Shown here: one piece after another, positions 26,942 to 41,446 of the stretch
Numbering within the stretch: position 1 is the first letter of the stretch
Layout of the letters: the number at the start of each line of letters is the position of its first letter
Assembly: GCA_964016885.1 (NCBI GenBank)
Contig: OZ024763.1
Location: 8,246,001-8,310,000 of the forward strand
Source of the DNA: Eledone cirrhosa
Lineage: Eukaryota
Length of the DNA: 64,000 nucleotides
Reading direction: 5' to 3'
Program-made: the position numbers and the translations under genes
The notes under the pieces: model-generated
What the model was told of the DNA's origin: nothing
What the model saw: only the letters and a program-made list of their open reading frames with translations
The model's database searches: none

Positions 26942-29669
26942 TATCATCATCATCATTTGTCTATTCATCTTCTCTGTTAGTAAGGGCTGGACAGGTTTTT
27001 GTCATCGACACGACACATTGAATACTTTAATGTGGCTACAGCCCTCTCAGGCAGGCTGGAGGGGCTAGGCTGCATTTGTGTTGAGTGGGGGGCAATGTGA
27101 AATGGAAGTGTTTGTTGTGGGGTCAAGTCCTGTTTCAGGGTTTGAACTCACAACATTATGATACTAAACTAAACACCCTAATCATTAGGCCATGAGCCTT
27201 TACCCTTCATTGGGTTTATGCTTGTTGTTGTTGTTGTTGAAGAAGTGGTCATTTCCATCTTTTGCCCAGCCACAAAGAAAAAGCCCCCCGCCCCCTCCTA
27301 TAATGACGTAAAATAAAAAAACCCAAACATACCTCTCTCTTGTTGGCACAGTGAAGGAGGTGAAGTGCCTTGAACCACACACCACCCCACCCCACACCCA
27401 CCACACACCACCACCCCCATCAACCCAACCCCCCCACCATCAATACCACCACACACCACCACCAACACCACCACCACCACCACCACCACCACCACCACCA
27501 CCATCAACACCACCACCATCAACACCACCATCACCACCACCACCAACACCACCATCAACACCATCAACACCACCACCACCATCAACACCACCACCACCAT
27601 CAACACCACCACCACCACCACCACCATCAACACCACCACCACCAACACCACCAACACCACCATCAATACCACCACCACCCCCACCGGATGTTATGTTATG
27701 CGATAGTGGTTGATGTAGTTAGTTCTATTGATGTTATATATGTGTAGGAAACACACTCACACACACACATACATATACACATACACACACATAAGCATAA
27801 TGAGTATATACACACATACACTCTCACACATACATGACACATACACATAACCATAATAAATATGAGACTGACATATATACACTCACATACACACATACAT
27901 GCACGTCACACACACGCGCGCGCGCAGATATATACATCAGAGACTCTTACACATACACGACACACACATACACCTTACACACACTCACACACGTTACACT
28001 TACACACATATACATCACACACAGTTTCAGAGAGAAGCTAGTGTTAGTGAGAATAAGACTGACAGAGGGAGATGACTGCTATGTGACACTTATTGAGTAC
28101 TACAGCTACAACAACAACAACCACAACAAACACAGCCACAACTACAACCACAACATCAACAACAACAGTCACGACAACCACAGCTACAACTGTGACAACA
28201 ACCAACAGCACCACAACATCCGACACAACCACAGCTACTAGCGACAACAACAACTACCACCACAACAACTACAGCCACCACAACAACCAACATAACCACA
28301 ACAGTGACAACAACAACATCAACAGTAACAACAACCACAACAAGTAGCAACACAGAAGATGACAGTAAGTTACAAAATTACTCGTCACACAGTCTACTAC
28401 ACTTGATGCTAGCTTTTTCTCTATTGTATTAACTAATATTATCTAGTTTGGCAGATTCTAGGGTCCCTTTTTGTGGTGAAAGATTGACTGGGTTATATCT
28501 AGTTTGGCAGATTCTGGGGTCCCTTTTTGTGGTGAAAGATTGACTGGGTTATATCTAGTTTGGCAGATTAATAAGTATTTTGGTAGATACTGAGATCACA
28601 CTTTGAGATGACACCGGGTAGCAGATAGTTTTGTTGGTAGATTGAAGCGGGGTCCTTTTTATGATGAGCTGACATGGGATAACATGTAGTTTGTTTGGTA
28701 GATTCCGGGTCTTTCTGTGTGTGTATAACACTGGTAACATCGAGTTTTATAAATCCTGAGGGTCATTCCTGGGTTTTATTCCGAGGGGTGACATTAGTGA
28801 TAAGTACTTCAATGGTCAGGTCTCAGGGAGAGGTTTTTCTATGAATTTTTGTCACTGGTAACATATATTCTGGTAGCCAGGTCTCAGTAAGATATATTTT
28901 GGTAGTTTCTGGGATCTGTTCTGTGTGGTGGGGTCGATACTGGATAACAGTTAGTCGCGTTGTTAGATCCTCGGGCTTTTCTGGGTAACAATTATTTTAG
29001 TAGGACATTTTTTTATGAAGGCTTCACTAGTGACAGGGACTTGTGGTCAACTCCGACCGTTCCCGTTTTGCACTGCCCCACCTTATCTCATCTCCCATAC
29101 CGGATGTAACTGAATACTGATATAGTTTCATTCTTTCTGTCTGTCTGTCTCCTGATCTGACCGTGTGTCCAGCCCCTGGGTCAGTCACGTTGGACAGTCA
29201 ATGGCATGGAGATTTTTCTATAGCCGTGGCCGTGGTCCAACAGATCAGTTTAAAGTGTGTGTTGGATGTGGGAGGGGAAGAAACACCCTCTCCTCCTTTC
29301 CCTCCCCCTCTCGTTCAGTTGTGGGTCCACACAGGATTGACATTGGAGACTGGGGATGTGTGATAGTGAGTGAGTCACGCGGAAATTGAAGTCCTGTACT
29401 ACTACCACTACTACTACTACTACCACCACTACCACTACCACCACCACCACCACCACCACCACTACTACTACTACTACCACTACTACCACTACCACCACCA
29501 CTACTACTGGATTTCTGGATTTTATCATTACCAACCACACTAACAACAACAGTAACAACAACACATTCACCACAGTAACAACAACAACCACACTAACAAC
29601 AATAACAATAGTAACAACAAGAACAAGAAGTGTTTTAATGATCCAAGCCTCAAACAAAACCATTCCAAG

Positions 29670-32600
29670 ATGGCACTAAACTGTGCCATGATGAATATCA
29701 TAAATATGGAATCTCTGGCAGACTGGAAGTATCGTTATATTTTCTGCTACCAGGACTTCATTAGCAAGATGCTAGTTCTTCACGCTGTTGAGTCGAAGAA
29801 GCCACAACACATCGCAACAATCCTCCATGATGTTCTGCATCTCGTTGACTTCCCCAGTGTCATCAGAAGCGAGAGTGGTCACGTGTTTGTGACACGAGTT
29901 CTCCAAGAGATGAGAATCTGGTGGCCGACCTGTAGCTCGGGGCTAAATTCTTCCATGCAACAGGACGACAGGTTGAATTACCCACAAAACAAACAAGAAG
30001 ACGAAGACAAAGAAGAAGAGAAAGAAAAAGAGGATAGAAGCGATGGTAACGATAATGACAATATGATAGACAATGTGTATGTCTTGGAAAGTCTGAAGCG
30101 TTGGATGATACAACACAACAGCAGCAACTGGAGTCTGGGGGTAAAGCTTGTTCAATTCCAAGAGAATTCTATCAACCAAACAGCAGACATAGACTTTGTG
30201 TCATCCAATAAACTTCTCACAGAACTCGCTGGCATTTACATGCCATTTGAGTGCCTGAAAAGTTTAAAAAGCAGTGACGAGTTAAACCAGATTTTGTGCA
30301 GGACTCTCACTACAGGCATTGAGGATTTACAATCACAGCTAGGAGTTTCTCCTAAAAGGAGTACTGCATGTTGCAAGCTGGTGACCGCTGCCGCGAAACC
30401 CCATGGAAAGCTTACAAATCGTTGTGTGGCTGATAAGAAATTCCAGTTTGAAAGAAATGCGACACATTCTGATTTATTGACTTCTGTCTACCATGGTAGA
30501 AAACCTCATCATGTTGTGACTGATGAGTCTTCAGCTGAAGAAACTTTGCCAAAGTCCAGACTCAGTGGGTCTGTATCTAAAGACAGAGTTTTATCACTTG
30601 AGACCCTCGGAGATTCATCTAATTCAGATTCCCAGGTAACAGGAACTACTAAATCTCAATCGGACATTTCTACAGGAAATGACGTACCTGGAAAACCGAG
30701 CACGGAAATTCTAGATCCTTCTTCTGGTGGCTCTGACACTCACCTTCATCTTCATCATCATCATCAATATCCTCCCCATCCCCCTCATCTTCCTCACCCC
30801 CAGCAACAGCAGCAGTTCGGACGCTTGTCGGAAGTCCTTAACGACACTGGAGGAAGCCATTACCGATATGACTCGGCTAAATGCGTGCGTGACATCATCC
30901 AGTTCATGGAACTACAGCCCTACCGTCACAGTAACAACCTCATACCTTTGATTGTCGAGAAAAAGTCTAAAGATCAACCCTCAGGTGATACGGAAAATAA
31001 TTCTTCCTACGACAGAAACTGTGAACCTTGTGTAACAGCAGGTGAACCTATATCTGAAATACGGACTAAGATAACCACCACACTTACTGCAGAAACTTGT
31101 AACAAGCCACACCGTGCTGCTGACCAGGGCAACAGGAGTTTCACCCCGGATTATACTCACATCTCCCTGAGTGATACAGCCTCTCATTCCACCAACTTGG
31201 ACACTGGTCAGTCTTCACTTGATATCAAAGTCGATAACGAAACACCTGCTGATGCTCTGTTTGATGTACCTGGCACAGATATACAGACAGTGCTGCATGT
31301 GCAGGAAACACCAGCACCTGCTTACGTGTCAAACGAAGGTGAAATTACTTGCAGAAAGGACTTTACCGAAGATGCTCTCAGCTGCGTAGAAAGTGTATCA
31401 AAACATGCAGAAGATACATTAAACTACAGAGGGGGTTTTTCAACTGACACACCTGTTAATGAACTTACTTGTGAGTCAGGGAACTTTGAGGAACCTTATT
31501 TTGTTTACAGGACCAACAGAAGGACTGGGAACAACTTCATTTCCTTAATTCGGAGCTCAAGTTTAACTGAAATCAACAGTCCGATGTTGTGCACCTCTGT
31601 ACCCTCCTGCAAGATTGTTGCACCTTACTGTACAGCTGAAATACAGAGTCCTGGTGATCCGGCCACTGTTGAACCTGAAACGGAATATCCCACATCGAGT
31701 GGGATGTTGGACACCTGTTCTGTGAAGAGTCCAGTGTCAAGGCCACAACTTCCCAGAATACTGGACAGCAACAGCTATTCCTCTGCAAGATGTCCAGCAT
31801 CAAGGCCACAACTTCCCGCAATTTTGGACATTAACCATTCTGAGAGATGTCCAGCATCAAGGCCACAACTTGACACAATTTTGGACACTAACCATTCTGA
31901 AACAAGTCCAGTATCAAAGCCACAACTTGACACAATTTTGGACACTAACCATTCTGAAAGGAGTCCAGCATCAAAGCCACAAACTCCAGGAAAATTCCAG
32001 GATTCGAAGTGCTTGCTTAAAGTCCAGGATATTATAAGGAAGTTGGAAATATCCAGCTCCAGTTGCTCAGAATGTGAGGACTTTACAAAGAACAGGAAAA
32101 TCCCGGAGAGGGCCGCCAATATCGGGAATATCATAAAAAGATTGGAATCATTTGCAGGACCTCATCCGAAATGGAGAACTTTGAGAATAATTGGCCAGAG
32201 CTGTGAGGACTTGAATAAGCTTGACCAGGACTGTAATGCAGGTGATGTGGGGTCAGTTGGAGGGTCAGAAGAGTTGGAAAATACTTTGTCAGTGGACGAA
32301 GACGAAGATAAAGACTGCGAGGAAGAAGAGCCTCAGTATGTCTTACCTGTGAGTCAGCAGCTGGACACTGACCTTGTCTTGAACCTTGATGACCAGTCAC
32401 TGACCTCACCTGACCATGGATCTTTAACACGGGACAATTCCTACCAATTAACTCTGACCACAGACATTAACGATGATGGTGATGGTGATACTTATAGATA
32501 TGATGGTGATGGTTGGGATAAATATGATGGGGATGGGGATTGTGGTCAATATAAAGTAAAAAATGATGATGATGATAATGATTGTAATGTCGATGTTATT

Positions 32601-33804
32601 AATATTAATGAGAGTTCCGATAATGTAGATGATGATGATGATGATGAGGGAAAAGAAAACCATCCCAAAATGCGTCACTTTTCCAGTAGTTCAACCTTGA
32701 AACTTTCTGAGTTGGAGGATGAACTCAGCTCTTTCCCAAGTATCCCAGGATACGAGGACAACAACAACTATGATAATGATGAGACGAGGGTGGACGATGA
32801 TGATGATGATGATGCTTTTACTTATACCGAAGACTTGGACCATCGTATAAACAACGTGATATTCCGCTTGAAGTCAGAATCCGAAATCTCCGATTGCTTG
32901 GATGATGAAGATTCTGATGACTTTTCTGAAGATGGTGGGTCCAAGAACTCAACTTGTGGCAATGATGGTGACACTTCGGTCTCGCTGGATAAAACAGGTT
33001 TCTATGGAAATGAGCCGGGTGACGAAGACGACCAAGAGGACCCTGTAACCCCTACCAACATCAACACACCCTTGTATTTTGCGAACAAGCTCCGTACTTC
33101 TCCTGCCTGTTACAACCTCAACTCCTACATCTCAACGAGTTATTTGTGCAATGGCAGCAGAGATGGTACTCATATCAAACGTAACATCTGTGAAAGTGTT
33201 GAAGAAGTTTCAAACAACCTAGAGCCGTCCCTCAACGAAGTTTCATCAAGTTTATCTTCCGCCCTCAACGTAAAACACAGCTCCTTAAAACGTGTCGGCA
33301 GCAATGTGGGTTCGAGTTCCATCTCTAGCGGACGGGAGTGTTCAGCGAGGCCACAGTCCAGCACATTTTCCAGTGTCTTCAGCATCGCCCAAGCCACCCG
33401 AGCGACCCAAGCTCCTACGTGGTACGTCCCTTCTTACGAAAACCCGAAACAGACGACAAAAGCAGACGAAGGCCAGCTTAGCGAAATGTCTTTTCTGACG
33501 GACATCGAACAGAAAATAAAACAGGCTTTGCAGGAACTTGAGGCTGTGGATCTTTGCCATTACCAGTCCTTCGATAACCTCTGCCCGAGGCCAGTATTAT
33601 ACAGTGGAGGCAATGTCAGGGAAAAATCAGAATTTATTTCAATTTCTCAGTGTAAACAATGCGAATGTGATGATGCATCATACTGTCGCAGTTGCAACTG
33701 TGTTCTGCAGGATCAGTGTTACATCTTTTGTCCTCTCTGCCAATTCTTAAACAAACGGATCGTCGGAACTCAGGAACAATTCCATTATCAGGTTTATGAG
33801 AAAA
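29670..33804 (+). CDS. Large nested coding exon: degenerate KRBA2/SCAND3-like integrase domain, long acidic/disordered region and Cys-rich end; probable alternative first coding exon of the LPP locus
   Basis: 4.1-kb stop-free, non-microsatellite ORF (open to 33941); good start context CCAAGATGG; in-frame stop upstream at 29553; donor A|GTAAGG at 33804/33805 followed by low-complexity TTTCA repeats. Confidence 0.75.
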
Positions 33805-34269
33805 GTAAGGAATATCTTTCATCTCCTTTTGTTTTTCATTTCACCTCATTTCATTGCATTTTCCTCTCATTTCATCTAATTTCATCTCATCTCATTTCAC
33901 CTCATTTTCATCTCATTTCATCTCGCCTCATTTTCATCTAATTTCATTTCACCTCATTTTCATCTCATTTTCACCTCATTTTCATTTCATCTCATTTCAT
34001 CTAATTTCATTTCATCTCATTTTCATCTAATTTCATTGCATTTTTTCTTTCTTCTTCTTCATGTAGTTGTTCTCACTTTCCTTGTTCAAATTATTGTTTC
34101 TAATAATAATTGTTTCTACCTTTGGCACAAGGCCAGCAATCACCCAGTACATTACTGGTACTTTATTTTATCATAATAATGATTTCATTTATTGGCCACA
34201 AGGGCCGACATGTAGGGGACAATACAAAGACAGGGACAGTGGGGGAGTTTACATATACAACAATAGACA

Positions 34270-35100
34270 CCACTACCACCACCACCACCACCACCAACAA
34301 CAACACCACTACCACCACCACCACTACTACTACCACCACCAACAACAACACCACTACCACCACCACCACTACTACTACCACCACCAACAACAACACCACT
34401 ACCACCACCACCACTACTACTACCACCACCAACAACACCACTACCACCACCACTACTACTACCACCACCACCAACAACAACACCACTACCACCACCAACA
34501 ACAACAACACCACCACCACAACCACCACCACTACCACCACCACCACCACCCATCACCACCACTACCACCACCACTACCACCCATCACCACAACTACCACC
34601 ACCACCACCAACAACAACACCACCACCACCACTACTACTACCACCACCACAACTACCACCACCACCAACAACAACAACACCAACACCACCACCACCACCA
34701 CCACAACTACCACCACCACCAACAACAACACCACCACCACCACCACTACTACTACCACCACCACCAACAACAACACCACTACCACTACCACAACTACCAC
34801 CACCACCAACAACAACAACAACACCAACACCACCACCACCACTACCACCACCACCACCACCACCACTACCACCACCACCACCACCACCACCCATCACCAC
34901 CACTACCACCACCACCACTACTACCACCCATCACCACCACCACTACCACCACCACCACCACCACCACTACCACCACCACCACCACCACCACCCATCACCA
35001 CCACTACCACCACCACCACTACTACCACCCATCACCACCACCACCACCACCACCACCACCACTACCACCATCACCACCACCACCCACCACCAACACCATC
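34270..35100. repeat. (CAC/CAA/TAC)n trinucleotide block
   Basis: Directly visible. Confidence 0.9.
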
Positions 35101-35719
35101 TTTGTCATTGTACATCACAAGTGAGTTTATATTAAATAAACAATTATGAATTTATATTTCCCACAGACACAAAAACAGGCATACTGACACACTGACACAC
35201 GCACACACACACGCACACACACACACACGCACACACACACACACACACACGCACACGCGCACACACACGCACACGCACACGCACACGCACACGCACGCAC
35301 ACACACACACAGCCAAATACACAGGCACACAGCCAAATACACAGGCACACATAGACAGACACAGGCACACATAGACAGACACACACACACAGAGACACAC
35401 AAATTTGACAATGGTTATGCTATATTAGAAAGATAAAAGGATATGGTGCTAGCATCAAAGACATGTCAACCCTCCCTAGTGTTGGTGCCACACACAGTCG
35501 GGAGGACCCTTCAGTTGGGTCAACACCAAACCCCTAACACCCACTATGTCATGACAGCAGCAGGGGCCCCTTACAACAAGCTCTATCAGTAGTTCAAGGT
35601 CCCAGGAAATGATGCTATACTACATATAACTAATTAACTCTATAATAATGAGGTTATGTATCTGATGAGTTAATTAGTTACTAATACACTGCACTCAACA
35701 TACAGCGGATGTCTAAAAC

Positions 35720-37680
35720 ACACCGACACCACCAACACCACCAACACCACCAACACCACCAACACCAACACCACCAACACTAACACAAACACCAACAACA
35801 CCAACACCACCAACACCAACACCAACAACACCAACACCACCAACACTAACACCACCACCAACACCAACACCAACACCACCAACACCACCAACACCAACAC
35901 CAACACCACCAACACCAACACCACCAACACCACCACCAACACCACCAACACCACCACTACCACCACCAACACCAACAACACCACCAACACCACCAACAAC
36001 ACCACCAACACCACCAACACCACCAACACCAACACCACCACCAACACCACCACCAGCACCACCAACACCACCAACACCAACACCACCACCAACACCACCA
36101 ACACCACCACCAACACCACCAACACCACCACCAACACCACCACCACCAACACCACCACCACCAACACCACCAACACCACCAACACCAACACCACCAACAC
36201 CAACACCACCAACACCACCACTACCAACACCACCACTACCACCACCAACACCACCAACACCACCAACACCACCAACACCAACATCACCAACACCAACACC
36301 ACCACCAACACCAACAACACAAACAACACCAACACCACCACCAACACCAACACCACCACCAACACCAACACCACCACCAACACCACCACCAACACCAACA
36401 CCACCACCAACACCACCACCACCAACACCACCACCACCACCACCACCAACACCACCAACACCAACACCACCAACACCACCAACACCAACACCACCAACAC
36501 CAACACCACCAACACCACCAACACCACCAACACCACCAACACCAACACCACCAACACCACCAACACCACCAACACCACCAACACCACCAACACCACCAAC
36601 ACCACCAACACCAACAACACCACCAACACCACCAACACCAACACCACCAACACCACCACCACCACCAACACCAACACCACCAACACCACCAACACCACCA
36701 ACACCACCAACATCAACACCATCAACACCAACACCACCACCACCAACACCACCAACACCAACACCGCCAACACCAACACCACCAACAACAACACCAACAC
36801 CATCAACACCAACACCACCAACACCACCAACACCAACACCACCACCAACACCACCACCAACACCAACACCACCAACACCAACACCACCAACACCAACACC
36901 ACCAACACCAACACCACCAACACCAACACCACCAACACCACCAACACCAACACCACCAACACCACCAACACCACCAACACCACCAACACCAACACCACCA
37001 ACACCAACACCACCAACACCACCGACACCAACACCACCAACACCAACACCACCACCACCACCAACACCACCAACACCACCAACTCCACCAACACCACCAA
37101 CTTCACCAACACCACCAACACCACCACCACCACCACCAACACCACCACCACCACCACCAACACCACCAACACCACCACCACCACCACCAACACCACCAAC
37201 ACCAACACCAACACCACCAACACCACCAACACCAACACCAACACCACCAACACCAACACCACCAACACCAACACCACCAACACCAACACCCCAACACCAC
37301 CACCAACACCACCACCACCAACACCACCACCACCACCAACACCACCAACACCACCAACACCACCACCAACACCAACAACACCAACACCAACAACACCAAC
37401 ACCACCAACAACACCACCAACACCAACACCACCAATACCACCAACACCACCAACACCAACACCACCAACACCACCAACACCACCAACACCACCAACACCA
37501 CCAACACCACCAACACCACCAACACCACCAACACCACCAACACCACCATCGCCACCACCACCACCATCACCACCACCACCACCACCAGCACCACCACCAC
37601 CATCAACACCATCACCACCAACACTACCACCACCACCACCACCAGCACCACCACCACCATCAACACCACCACCACCACCT
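35720..37680. repeat. ~2-kb (ACC/AAC)n trinucleotide array
   Basis: Directly visible. Confidence 0.95.
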
Positions 37681-38971
37681 CTATCTGAAGTAGATCATTT
37701 CTCATTATTGTTATCATTTATTATTATTATTATTGGCGGTGTATTGTCAGTATTGGTAGAGGGTCGGACGCCACGCTTTGACGTAGAGTTACGGCCCTTT
37801 CCATTCTGAGTTCAAATCCCGCCTAGGTGAACTTTGCCTTTCATCCTTACGGGGGTCGATAAACATAAAGTACCAGTAATACACTGGGGTCCAATTTAAT
37901 CGACTTTTCCCTTCCTCCCAAATTATTGGCCTTGTGCCTAAATCAAAACTATTATTGTTTTAAAGTACCAGTAATGTACTGGACAATTGTGGCTTTGTGC
38001 CAAAAGTAGAAACAATTATTGTTTAAATCCAGCCCTGGATGGTGGTAGGGGGTGATTCTGGTTATACTGTGGTGTAGGTGGTAGTACTGTGGTAGTAGTG
38101 TTTCATTGGTAGTAGTAGTAGTAGTAGTAGTGGTGGTTATGATGATCAACCATTTGCAAACATTAAGGCCTGCAGATTACCAAGCAGATGTAGAGATATA
38201 TTATCTCCAATAATATCGCCTCCACCCATTATGAAACCAACTGGTAGCCGTATGTAATGTTGTGTATTATTGTTATTGTGTAACTATACATGGTGATGTT
38301 GATAGTGGTGTTGATAATGATGATGGTGATAATGTTGATGATGGTGATGATGTTGATAATCTTCATGTTGTTGTTGATGATGATAATGGTGGTGTTGTGG
38401 GTGGAGATGATGATGACGACGATGATGGTGGTGGTAATGATATTGATGATGATGATGGTGTTGGTGGTAGTGTCAATGATGATGATGATGATGATGTTGG
38501 TGGTGATAGTGATAGTGATGATGATAATGATAATCTTTGTGGATGGTTGTGGTGGTGGTGATGGTATTAGGTTTGTGTAGTGTACATAAGTATATGTATG
38601 CGTGTGTGAGTATGTGTGTGTGTGTGTTCTAATTTGTGTGGGAGCATGGGGCATGTTTGTACTGTCTCTCACTTCCGTGTATATATGTGTGTATATGTGT
38701 ATATATGTGTATATGTGTGTGTATATGTGTATATATGTGTATATGTGTATATATGTGTGTGATAAAAATCTGTTGGTGAGAACACAAGTACCCACTGTTG
38801 AACAGAATATATGTATGTAATGTCTATGTGTGTGTATATGCATGTGTGTATATACACTTTCTTTTGTGTGGTGAATGTATGAATTATTATATAAATGCTT
38901 ATGAATAGTATATATACATACATGCGTACATATGGGTATATATACATATATACATATATATATATATATAC

Positions 38972-39037
<66 letters not shown>

Positions 39038-39933
39038 TCTTTTATGTGGTGAATGTTTAAATGATTATATAAATGCTTATGTATTGTGTGTATATGTGTG
39101 CATACATACATGCGTTCATATATGTGTGTGTGTGTGTGTGTGTGTTAAAAGTTAATACTCAGTGGAACCTCATTAAAACTGAAGTATCTCTGTATTTTAA
39201 TGAAAATCTCCAACAGACCACCACTGAACTGGCCACCAAATGTTGGTCTCTCTCTCTCTATTGTGGGGGCATATTGTCGTCAAGCTGAAGCATATAGACA
39301 ATATGCCCCCACACCCTCCACTGTAAAGTGGACGTGTAGGCATCACGGAAAAAAGCACCCAGCACTCACTGTAAATGAGGTTGGTGTTAGGAAGGGCATC
39401 CAGCTGTAGAAATCAAGCCAAAATCAGTTCCTGTATGAGCAAGGCCTGGTCACCCGACCAGACACTGCCCACAACAGGACAACCCGTCTAACCCATGCTA
39501 GCATGGAAGAACGGACGTAAAACGGTGATGATGATGATATATTCACTTATATATACACTTACTTATATATACTCTTACTTATCTACACACTTGACACATA
39601 CATACTCACTGACTAATATATATATATATATATAAATGTATGTATATATATATAAATGTATATGCATATATATATATTTGCATATATATGTATGTATATA
39701 TATATATATATATATAAATGTATATATCTATATCTATATGTGATTCTTTTTCTACTATTTCAAGCGTAAAACTAATAATATATTTCTTCATTTTACTGTG
39801 TTGTTTGCTTTGTAATTTCTGTTTGCCTTTTGCATATATATATATATATATATATAACGAAGGAAATGTGGTAAGGAACCAGGTGGACCATAACGCACCA
39901 AAGTACTCAATACTTGAGGTAGTAGAGTGGGTA

Positions 39934-40409
39934 ATAGGAACCAGTAAGACCCCGACAGCTGAGCTCAAGCCGTTTCGACGGCTAATTCTGGACTAAATGA
40001 AAATTTATCCTGGTATTTAAATAGCCGATCTTCTCAAGGGGTAATTCCATATATGGTCAAAGTGATTGTCAAAAATCAGTAGTAATTCTGTGGTTGCAAA
40101 TTAGCAGGGGAGATGGTGGCTAAACCTGCCAGTAGGAGAAAGAGGGGAGGGGGTGGAGTAGACCCAATCAAGCGTTGGTAGTGCCAGCTACAGCTGGGCA
40201 TGAGGTCAAAGAAGATACAGGCAGGTTTATCTCCCCTGCTAATTTGCAACCACAGAATTACTACTGATTTTTGACAATCACTTTGACCATATATGGAATT
40301 ACCCCTTGAGAAGATCGGCTATTTAAATACCAGGATAGATTTTCATTTAGTCCAGAATTAGCCGTCGAAACGGCTTGAGCTCAGCTGTCGGGGTCTTACT
40401 GGTTCCTAT
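39934..40409. repeat. Inverted repeat with ~180-bp arms and ~114-bp spacer, containing a degenerate hammerhead
   Basis: Arms 39934-40114 and 40229-40409; ACCCC-ttGAGAAGA-TCGGCTA..TAGCCGTC-GAAA-CGGCT..AGCTG-TC-GGGGT at 40301-40394. Confidence 0.9.
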
Positions 40410-40568
40410 ATATATATAAAATATATGGAACTCCTTTAACCATCTTTTGATCTTATATTATGCATACTCCAGTCCCACAAACTGTAGAGTGCTTCTTATC
40501 CGATATCTGCATTGCTTTATTGTACTACAATAAAACTCACCTCCTACATATATATATATATATATATA

Positions 40569-40603
40569 TTTCTGATGAAGGACTAGCGTCCGAAACGTTA
40601 AGA
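40569..40603 (+). ncRNA. Minimal hammerhead motif
   Basis: CTGATGA-A-GGAC(TAGC)GTCC-GAAA-CGT-TA with palindromic AACGTT; decayed sister copy at ~45432-45465. Confidence 0.6.
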
Positions 40604-40824
40604 CCCTCTTCCTGCTATTTCAAGCGTTAACCTAATATATTCCTTCCATATACTGTACTGATTGTGTTGTTTCTGTTTACCTTTTACATATCTCTCTCTC
40701 TCTCTCTCTCTCTCTCCACTCTGCATCTCCACATGTATTGAATACTCCCACGATTAGTGTTCTCTCTGGTCTCAGCACCGCAGACTCTCTCTGTATATAA
40801 ACTGATAGAGGTCAGAGAGAGAGC

Positions 40825-41395
40825 ACAGACTACATCACACCACACACCACACCACACTACACTACACCACACATCACATCACACCACACCACACCACACT
40901 ACACTACACTACACTACACCACACACCACATCACACCACACCACACCACACCACACTACACTACACACCACACCACACTACACTACACTACACCACACAC
41001 CACATCACACCACACCACACCACACCACACTACACCACACCACACCACACCACACTACACTACACACCACACCACTACACTACACTACACTACACCACAC
41101 ACCACACCACACCACACCACACCACACCACACCACACCACACTACACTACACACCACACCACACCACACTACACACCACACTACACTACACTACACTACA
41201 CCACACACCACACACCACACCACACCACACCACACCACACCACACCACACTACACTACACTACACTACACTACACTACACTACACTACACACCACACCAC
41301 ACTACACTACACTACACTACACACCACACCACACTACACTACACTACACTACACACCACACTACACTACACTACACACCACACCACACCACACCA
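40825..41395. repeat. (CACAC/CTACA)n pentanucleotide array
   Basis: Directly visible. Confidence 0.9.
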
Positions 41396-41446
41396 GGCAC
41401 AATACCAGTAATTATCCACTAACTCTCTCTCTCTCTCCATTTCCAG

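Noticed and set aside
33805-33941. C-terminal extension of the 1423-aa ORF
   Set aside because: Lies after a good donor and runs into TTTCA low-complexity sequence; treated as intron read-through
35670-37717. 539-aa and 204-aa poly-V/L ORFs
   Set aside because: Translation of an (ACC/AAC)n array
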